Shown here: positions 1-6,517 of the stretch, in pieces
Layout: every line of letters starts with the position of its first letter
Numbering within the stretch: the first letter of the stretch is position 1
Assembly: GCF_006345805.1 (NCBI RefSeq)
Contig: NW_021828829.1
Location: forward strand, 1 to 7,601
Length of the DNA stretch: 7,601 nt
Direction of reading: 5' to 3'
From: Octopus sinensis
Lineage: Eukaryota
The notes under the pieces: generated by a model
The model's database searches: none
What the model saw: the letters and a program-made list of their open reading frames with translations, nothing else
What the model was told of the DNA's origin: nothing
Made by a program: the position numbers and the translations under genes

Positions 1-129
1 TTCTAGCACAGGCCATATATTATTCATATATAAGTACTTAAAAGGCGAAGTATGTACTAGAAACACAGAAGCTTGATAAATTTAGTGAAATGAAAATAAA
101 AAACTTTTACTAACTCAGTTCTTCTTAGA

Positions 130-131
<2 letters not shown>

Positions 132-186
<55 letters not shown>
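132..186. repeat. (TA)n microsatellite
   Basis: Direct reading; one interruption. Confidence 0.98.
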
Positions 187-204
187 CATTTTTCAAATCC
201 TGGC

Positions 205-285
205 ACGTGGCCAACGATTTTGGAGGCTGGTTGACAATATAGACCCCAGTACGTGAGTTGTATTTCATTTTATCAAGACTGAATC
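205..285. mobile_element. Possible decayed fragment of a second octopus SINE family
   Basis: GACCCCAGTACGTGAGTTGTATTTCATTTTATC resembles the remembered motif GACCCCAGT..ACTGGTACTTATTTTATCGACC of an abundant cephalopod SINE. There is no second copy in the window to confirm it. Confidence 0.35.
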
Positions 286-486
286 CAGGACTAAATTCGC
301 AGCGGAAAGTCTTCTCTCGTCCAACTGCTCTCGAACGTGTTGAGTATGATTTTACTCGAATATAATTCATTCAGCGTTGTTTCGTGTGACATACCTTAAT
401 TCTAATTTCACCAAGTTTTCCGCACACCGGCATACGTTTCCTACACAGTCTTAATAAGAATAATTTCATTATAACTGGGTTGTGGG

Positions 487-908
487 CAGCGCTTGATTAA
501 CCATTAAGCAAAATAAGTAGCTTGTGCCATCAACGGGAGGGGGCACCACGGAAATGGTAAGTGGTTTACGGTACAAAAGAAATCACTTTAAACTAGCTAA
601 AATGATACTAGGGATGCCCTATCTCAACTAAATATAGAAGCAGATGTATTACGTAAGATTAATCATGAGGATCTGATTAAAGAATTTGATATAAAAAAAG
701 TAGGAGGAAACTTTTCAAATATAAAGTGAAATTATGCAAAAGTAAAGATTATTTTCCATCTATCTGTTAGTTTTGTTTTATTTTTAAAAATAACAAATTT
801 ATTTAATGTTTTATTGTTGTTTATAATTTAAATTACATATATGTGGGGGTTGATAGCATCAAAAGCTTTTGAGTGCATAGGGTCACAATGGGTCTTCATT
901 CGACCCTG
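487..908 (+). mobile_element. Old non-autonomous hAT-superfamily DNA transposon (internal deletion derivative) with transposase C-terminal remnant
   Basis: Degenerate TIRs CAGCGCTTGATTAA (487-500) and TTCATTCGACCCTG (895-908), 8/14 complementary. 8-bp flanks GTTGTGGG / GCTGTTAG (5/8) fit a decayed hAT TSD. 610-699 translates RDALSQLNIEADVLRKINHEDLIKEFDIKK, then after a frameshift SRRKLFK, resembling the L..L.IE......I..F...K.RR end of hAT (Tip100/ZMYM-like) transposases. Confidence 0.7.
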
Positions 909-934
909 GCTGTTAGTGTCTGAGTTGGTTTTTC

Positions 935-973
935 ACTGCTGACGAAGTAAAACAACACAGAAACACGTGCGGT
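935..973 (+). ncRNA. Degenerate minimal type I hammerhead-like motif
   Basis: ACTG(935-938)-CTGACGA(939-945)-A-GT-AAAACAAC-AC-A-GAAAC(960-964)-ACGTG-CGGT(970-973). Stem I ACTG/CGGT includes one G-U pair; palindrome CACGTG. The NUH triplet is defective (GUG, or loss of TC from GTC). Confidence 0.45.
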
Positions 974-1092
974 CTACGATCCGATGACATCATTCGCAGC
1001 CCATTTTGTGTCTTTATTCGCGTCTGAGAAGAGAATTGTTTTGCCTGTGATTTCCTCCGCAGCGGTAATGCACGCAAACGTGTTGAATATGA

Positions 1093-1532
1093 CTACTCTC
1101 TTTACTCTTTTACTTGTTTCAGTCAATTGACAGTGGCCATACTGGAGCACCGCCTTTAGTCGAGCAAATCGACCCCAGGACTTATTCTTTGGAAGCCTAG
1201 TACTTATTCTATCGGTCTGTTTTGCCGGGGACGTAAACACACCAGTATCGGTTGTCAAGTGATGTTGGGGGTACAAACACAGACACACAAACATACACAC
1301 ATACACACACATACACACACACGCACACACACACACACACACACACCATATATATATATATATATATATACGACGGGATTCTTTCAGTTTCCGTCTACCA
1401 AATCCACTCACAAGTCTTTGGTCGACCCGAGGCTATCGTAGAAAACATTTGCTCAAGGTGCCATGCAGTGGGACTGAACCCGGAACCATGTAGTTTGCAA
1501 GCAAGCTACTTACCACACAGCCACTCCCCGCT
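1093..1532 (-). mobile_element. Near full-length tRNA-derived CORE-type SINE (octopus OR-like family) with internal (CA)n(TA)n tract
   Basis: Minus-strand head has A box TGGCTGTGTGG (1513-1523) and B-box-like GGTTCAGTCCC (1470-1480), then CORE-like CCTTGAGCAAATGTTTTCT. Central microsatellite ~1276-1370; 3' tail of short AAAAGAGT-like repeats (~1094-1115). Possible short TSD TATGA (1088-1092 / 1533-1537). Aligns with the copies at 5302-5457 and 6207-6517. Confidence 0.9.
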
Positions 1533-1824
1533 TATGAAATTACTTTAAACATTGTGCCAGCCGAGATCTAAGCAGCTTCATTATTTAAAGTTTCTACAAG
1601 CGCTGTTGTTTCTCTTTCTTCAAACTTACTTCTACTTACACTTGAGGCGGCATTCACCTGGGGGGGGGGGGTCGAATCCGCTCCGACAAAACGGGTTCAC
1701 CATATCGCTCACGGATTAAGCGTCATTCGCTTCTGTTTGCAACTGAAGTATACATTGTACCAAGAAATTTTTATAAGTTTCGAATCCAGTTTTAGATTCA
1801 CTTAAAAGGTGCTAATCCTCCACG

Positions 1825-1917
1825 CTTTACAGTAGAAGACACTTGTGAGAGATGACACTCGAATTCTATCCGAAATCGTGCGGTTGCCAAGTGTTGAAAC
1901 CAAACTGCTACACGGGC
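1825..1917 (-). mobile_element. Old, decayed head fragment of the same SINE family
   Basis: AGTAGAAGACACTTG (1831-1845) followed by CCGAAATCGTGCGGTTGCCAAG, which parallels CCGGAATCGTGTGGCTGGGAAG in the 5302-5457 copy at similar spacing. Confidence 0.55.
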
Positions 1918-2074
1918 AATGCGCAATGGTGTCTGAGAAGCCGTCCATAGGGCTGGGACCTCGATGGATGCAAAACTACTGGTCACTCTATGACCGGACA
2001 TATATCTAACTGCTTATAAATACATTACGGCTCTATGCTTTGCTTCTTTTTCGGATATACGATGCACTGACAAT

Positions 2075-2085
2075 ACACTCACACA

Positions 2086-2119
<34 letters not shown>
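2075..2119. repeat. (CA)n microsatellite
   Basis: Direct reading. Confidence 0.97.
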
Positions 2120-2290
2120 ATTATTACTAATCAGTAGATGTCACAGTGTGACTCAAGGCCTGACAGCTTCGTGCATTGACACTTATCAAACAGATAAGTT
2201 GAGTCACTCTGTAACTTCTGACGATTAATAATGAAAAAAAAACGTATATAAACTATTATAATCTAACTTCCTTGTTTTCTTCAACAAACC

Positions 2291-2334
<44 letters not shown>

Positions 2335-2343
2335 TATATATAT

Positions 2344-2390
<47 letters not shown>

Positions 2391-2430
2391 GTATGTATAT
2401 GTATATATATGTGTATATATGTATGTATGT
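2291..2430. repeat. Compound (TA)n/(TATG)n microsatellite
   Basis: Direct reading. Confidence 0.97.
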
Positions 2431-2697
2431 GCGTGTATAAACAACCGAATACGTTCTCTGTTGATATATCATATAGCTATGTGTAAGTGTATATACAAAG
2501 AGAGATAGGCGGTGACATAATCAAGTAGAGGCACAAATAAACACGCAAGAATGTAAGTAGGTGGACTTAGACAGAGAGATGTCAAAATAATATGTCGATA
2601 TATTTGTATAGATCAATAACAATATAAATACATACATACTTACGTGTGTGTGTGGTGAAGGGAAAACAAACGTAGTTACATAAGGGACTTCAATGCG

Positions 2698-2707
2698 TAT
2701 ATATATA

Positions 2708-2740
<33 letters not shown>

Positions 2741-2810
2741 ATATGTATGTAGTATGTATGTATGTATGTATGTATGTATGTATGTATGTATGTATGTATA
2801 TGTACATGTA
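2698..2810. repeat. Compound (TA)n + (TATG)n microsatellite
   Basis: Direct reading; a further (TA)n tract lies at 2910-2931. Confidence 0.97.
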
Positions 2811-3451
2811 AATAAAGGAGGGTGGGAAAAAGAAGCTTTGAAAGATAAAGTGACAGGGCAAATAGACAAGATGATATACAAACAATATGAAGCACAGAGA
2901 GAAAATAACATATATATATATATATATATATTATGTAGGATGTAAACGAGAGGGAAGTAGAGGTGCGGAGAGAGAGAATGTGATTGGTAGATGAGTAGGG
3001 GATGGCTGAGGTGAAGGGAAAAGGTTGAGAAGAAAGCTGAGTCGATATTTCTAGAAGGAAAGGCGAGATAGAAATGATATAATATGAAAAATCAAGATTG
3101 ATGAAAGAATGTTAGAATGAGAGGAATAATGGAATAATATCTTGGAGAAGGGAAGACTCAGGGACGAGTAAGTGTGAAAGTGTGATAGTGGCATGTGATA
3201 CATACATACATCCATACATACATACATATATGTATGCATAGCTGGGTGTGTATATGTGTTTTTATATATGTATACACAGGTAAGGATATATGTATGCACG
3301 TGCAGGAAAAACTTTATATACACATAAGCTTGAACGTATATAAGTGCATAATAGATTTATACATACATGGATATATATGATTATATTATGTACATAAGAA
3401 TGTATATATATATAATGTAAATAATAAATAATATAATATATATATATGCAT

Positions 3452-3748
3452 ATACACGCTACGCGCACCTTCGTTTTGGGATCATCACTACTTTCTTATC
3501 TCCCCTTCTTCCTAGCTCTTCTGTCTGACCACCTCTGTCCGGCATTCGACATGATAGATCACTAGCCACTATACCTTTTTCTATTTTCTCTCCCTGTTTA
3601 TTTCTGTGTTCCTTTCTGCTGAAGAGCGTAGGCTCGAAACGTAAAAGACTTTCTCACTTCCCGGGCGTTAAACTAATACATCTGTTTGTTGTTTATACAC
3701 CCGTCTTCATCTTTTGTTTTGTTTGTTTTTCTGTAAATACCATCTATA
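3452..3748 (+). mobile_element. Short pyrimidine-rich interspersed repeat carrying a hammerhead-like motif; probable Penelope-like terminal repeat remnant
   Basis: A ~300-bp complex-sequence island between TA-rich tracts, containing the 3612-3647 motif followed by a T-rich tail. Family identity is inferred from the known association of minimal hammerheads with Penelope-like elements. Boundaries are approximate. Confidence 0.5.
3612..3647 (+). ncRNA. Minimal type I hammerhead-like motif (variant core)
   Basis: Stem I CTTT(3612-3615)/AAAG(3644-3647); core CTGCTGA (3616-3622, A6C); extra A3623; stem II GAGC-GTAG-GCTC (3624-3635); GAAAC-GT-A with a loopless ACGT palindrome and GUA triplet (3641-3643). 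An overlapping canonical CTGAAGA box (3619-3625) gives an alternative register. Confidence 0.6.
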
Positions 3749-3766
3749 TATCTATATTTATATATA

Positions 3767-4313
3767 TACATTTAAACACATTAAAATGTTTCCATCATAG
3801 GAATCCCTTACGCTAGAAAGAACAGCTTTAAATGTACACTGTATTTTATATGAAAAATATATAGTCACTTGAGTAATTTTTCTATACGCTAGGCCACTGG
3901 TAGTAAAAATTTCTAAAATCTTTATTACTCTGATATTATTAATTATGTATAATGATTTCTGGAAGATTCGTTCGAAAAAATTGCCGGCAATCTTTAGCTG
4001 TCGACAAAAATAACTGCGCTTGCCCGGTGGATTTGAAAAAATTAAAATGTATAAGCAAGAGACACATGCTGGATTGGTCTCGTGTTTATATGTTAAATCT
4101 TGGCGTACCTGTTGAAGAAGACGTCGCCTAGCAAATTATTTTATTTGCTAAAATAAGTCAGAAACCATGGTCCAGGAAATAGATGATAAATGTTATTTTT
4201 CATTCCCTTCAAGAATTTATCCCTAATTAGTGGTTTTGGATTTTAGCTGTTCTTTCTAGCGTAAGAGATTCCTATGATGGAAACCTTTAATGTGTTTAAA
4301 TGTACACTGTATT
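3767..4313 (+). mobile_element. Penelope-like element pseudo-LTR / retrozyme-like non-autonomous unit with inverted 5' duplication
   Basis: ~60-bp inverted repeat 3767-3827 / 4245-4304 (about 3 differences). Exact 19-bp direct repeat TTTAAATGTACACTGTATT at 3827-3845 and 4295-4313 (period 468 bp). Internal hammerhead at 4108-4176. Both flanks are (TA)n. No ORF. Confidence 0.65.
4108..4176 (+). ncRNA. Type I hammerhead ribozyme-like motif (C3U core variant, palindromic stem III)
   Basis: Stem I CCTG(4108-4111)/CAGG(4173-4176); core TTGAAGA (4112-4118); A4119; stem II GAC/GTC (4120-4122/4157-4159) enclosing an 8-bp hairpin TAGCAAAT/ATTTGCTA; A4160; GAAAC (4161-4165); CATG; GTC triplet (4170-4172). 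Predicted cut after 4172. Confidence 0.75.
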
Positions 4314-4315
4314 AT

Positions 4316-4357
<42 letters not shown>

Positions 4358-4459
4358 TAGAATATATATATATATATAACTATATTATGTATGTTTGTAT
4401 GTATGTATGTATGTATGTGTATGTATGTATGTATGTATGTATGTATATATGTATGTATG
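4313..4459. repeat. Compound (TA)n + (TATG)n microsatellite
   Basis: Direct reading. Confidence 0.97.
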
Positions 4460-4591
4460 AAACAATGGTATTACATTTAAAGCGCTACACCTACATACTC
4501 CGAGTACTATAATGACAACTTTTTACTATTTATTCTAAATTAAAATATATATATGTATGTATGAATGTATGTATTCATACATACATATGTT

Positions 4592-5148
4592 TGTGTCAGA
4601 TCACTTTCGAGTGCTACTGGTAACATATAACCCAGTACAACCTGTTGCATGGTCGGTTCGTCGGCGACTAAACCGGCAACCCCACCAAGCTTGCTTGGTG
4701 AGGAGGGTGTTTATTGGACACCCTGCGGGATGAAAAATAAAACCCGTCAAAGGGCGGAGGAACTCTTGAGAGTCAACGGCCAACCAATAAATGTGTTAAG
4801 GCTGTATCATGCGCGGGGACATAGAAATAATCGGACTGAATACCCGATCGCGCGGTTAAACCATTGGGAGTGAAGGACTCCTAGCCTTTGTTAGGGCATC
4901 TTTCTAGGAGAAGGTAACTCAGGTAACTGGGATAACTCCGACATAAAACCTGCTGCTCAGTGGTTACCAATGATGTTGACTTGTTCTTCTTTTCGGATTA
5001 TGGCTACTGTTGCTTAGTGAGTGGGATTGACTCAGTGCATAGCCTTTCCCCACTTAAAAAAAATTTCTTGCACAGCCATTGCACGATAACAACATTGATT
5101 AATCTTCGTGCAATGTCCATACTCGATAAGGAGGGGGCAGCCACCACC
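4592..5148 (+). mobile_element. Probable 5' UTR and first codons of an RTE-type LINE (structured, higher-GC block)
   Basis: Chain of hairpins at 4602-4782. GGGCATCTTTCTAGGAGAAGGTAACTC...AAAACC (4894-4950) resembles a motif I recall from RTE 5' regions (GGCAACC..CTAGGAGAAGGAAAACTC..AAACC). Candidate ATG at 5113 ([12 protein letters not shown]) is cut off by a microsatellite. Same strand as the downstream RT. Confidence 0.5.
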
Positions 5149-5229
5149 ATGTATGTATATATGTATGTATATATATATGTATATATATGTATATATGTAT
5201 ATATGTATGTGTGTATATATGTATATATG

Positions 5230-5286
<57 letters not shown>

Positions 5287-5457
5287 GCATGCACTTATAT
5301 ATACGACGGGTTTCTTCCAGTTTCCATCTACTAAATCCACCCGTAATTTTTTGGGTGGTCCGAGGCTATAGAAGAAGCTTGCCCAAGGCGCCACACAGTG
5401 GGACTGAACCCGGAATCGTGTGGCTGGGAAGCAAGCGTATTACCACACAATCGCCTG
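5149..5457 (-). mobile_element. Same SINE family, 5' half only (tRNA head, CORE region, expanded microsatellite); 3' tail absent
   Basis: 5302-5457 matches 1369-1530 (TACGACGGG..CAGTTTCC..CGAGGCTAT..CAAGG..CAGTGGGACTGAACCCGGAA..TACCACACA). To the left of the (TA/TATG)n tract at 5149-5300 there is no SINE tail sequence. Confidence 0.85.
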
Positions 5458-5480
5458 TATATATATATAGAGAAAGAGAG

Positions 5481-5555
<75 letters not shown>

Positions 5556-5578
5556 CAGACAGATAGATAGATAGATAT
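5458..5578. repeat. (TA)n-(GA)n-(GATA)n compound microsatellite
   Basis: Direct reading; long GATA array with two GACA variants. Confidence 0.98.
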
Positions 5579-5802
5579 AGTAGCAGCGTTAGATGAAAGG
5601 TTAGTGAAACCCTTACGGTGTCCCCAATCTCCTCCACTATTATTATGCATCTTCACACCGGATGTTTTATGTTGACATAATACATCTTCAGGTCATTTTC
5701 CCTATTCTTGCATTAATTATCTCTTTTTCTTTCCTTTCTTTTCTTTTTGTCTTTTGTTTGATTCACTATTTCTCACCATTCATACCCATATATAAATCAC
5801 TA

Positions 5803-5804
<2 letters not shown>

Positions 5805-5837
<33 letters not shown>
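5805..5837. repeat. (TTA)n trinucleotide microsatellite
   Basis: Direct reading; produces the poly-Tyr in ORF 5662-6294. Confidence 0.97.
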
Positions 5838-5838
<1 letters not shown>

Positions 5839-6107
5839 TCTTATTACGAGGATGATAGTCACAGGATTATATCTTGTCAACTTCCGGTGGAGACAATTAG
5901 AACCTTTCTTAAAACAATAGACTTTAACCTGAATACACAAACCCAAATCCTGAATTATTTAACAGATATTATTCACAGCTCATTTTGGTGTAAGAGGGCT
6001 TATGTACACTCCCCACCCCGACAACACACATTCACGTGTTGTCCTATATGCGTATGTGTTAGCAACTTTATCTATGCATCTACAGTGGTTTGGCTAAGAC
6101 GTTACAG

Positions 6108-6150
6108 CACTGGTTCTGAAACCCGGAGCCGTGCGGCCCTCGGGTGTCCG
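6108..6150 (+). mobile_element. Possible decayed terminal sequence of a Charlie-type hAT DNA transposon
   Basis: CACTGGTTCTGAAACCCGGAGCCGTGCGGCCCTCGGGTGTCCG resembles the CAGTGGTTCTCAAAC..GGGGTCCGCGGACCCC..GGGGTCCG termini of Charlie-like elements. No partner end is seen. Confidence 0.3.
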
Positions 6151-6206
6151 TATAAGAATTTGTTGTTAAAATTTGTGCGCATTGAATCGGTTGTACTTGT
6201 ACAATT

Positions 6207-6409
6207 CCTTTACTCGTTTCAGTCATTTGACTGTGGCCATGCTGGAGCACCGCCTTTAGTTGAACGAATCGACCTCAGGACTTGTTCTTTGTAAGCCTAG
6301 TACTTATTCTGTCGGTCTGTTTTGCCAAAACTGCTCAGATACAGGGACGTAAGCACAGCAACATCGGTTGTCAAGCTATGATGGGGGGGGGGCAAATACA
6401 GACACACAA

Positions 6410-6443
<34 letters not shown>

Positions 6444-6517
6444 GACAGGCTTCTTTCAGTTTCCGTCTACTAAATCCACTCACAAGTTTTTAGTCTGTCC
6501 GAGGCTATAGTAGAAGA
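6207..6517 (-). mobile_element. Same SINE family, 3' part only; tRNA head lost at a junction with the LINE RT
   Basis: Matches 1107-1443 (GTTTCAGTCA..TGGCCAT..CTGGAGCACCGCCTTTAGT..AAGCCTAGTACTTATTCT..TCGGTTGTCAAG..AAATCCACTCACAAG..CGAGGCTATAGTAGAAGA), then switches abruptly to LINE coding sequence. Carries ~16 bp (6328-6343) that is missing from the first copy. Confidence 0.9.

Noticed and set aside
1460-1532. tRNA gene
   Set aside because: A and B boxes are present but there is no full cloverleaf; this is the SINE head.
1660-1671. G12 run as a G-quadruplex or regulatory element
   Set aside because: Isolated homopolymer with no supporting context; its length is unreliable.
2218-2250. CTGACGA...GAAA hammerhead-like boxes
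   Set aside because: No stem II, stem III or stem I complementarity; GAAA is part of a poly-A run.
3767-4304. Interpretation as a simple TIR MITE (Tc1/mariner-like, TA target)
   Set aside because: This does not explain the 19-bp direct repeat that extends beyond the right arm or the internal hammerhead. Kept only as the alternative hypothesis.
4930-4945. TAACTCCG resembling the twister ribozyme cleavage strand, with GCGGAGG upstream
   Set aside because: The required GC pseudoknot bases and the P4 loop (UCCYAAGC-like) are absent; the sequence is explained by the 9-mer triplication.
131-5656. Numerous ORFs rich in YI/HT/CV/MYVC/LSIY repeats
   Set aside because: They are translations of stop-free (TA)n, (CA)n, (TATG)n and (GATA)n tracts and SINE sequence, with no protein motifs.
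5588-5692. GATGAAAGG..CCT..GTC on the + strand, and minus-strand CTGAAGATG with hairpin 5661-5686
   Set aside because: Both lack a correctly placed GAAA box and stem I. At most unrecognisable relics; only the imperfect hairpin is real.
5662-6294. 210-aa ORF with a hydrophobic N-terminus
   Set aside because: Built from a T-rich low-complexity tract, a (TTA)n poly-Tyr run and a SINE tail; no recognisable domain. A small exon within 5840-6000 cannot be strictly excluded.
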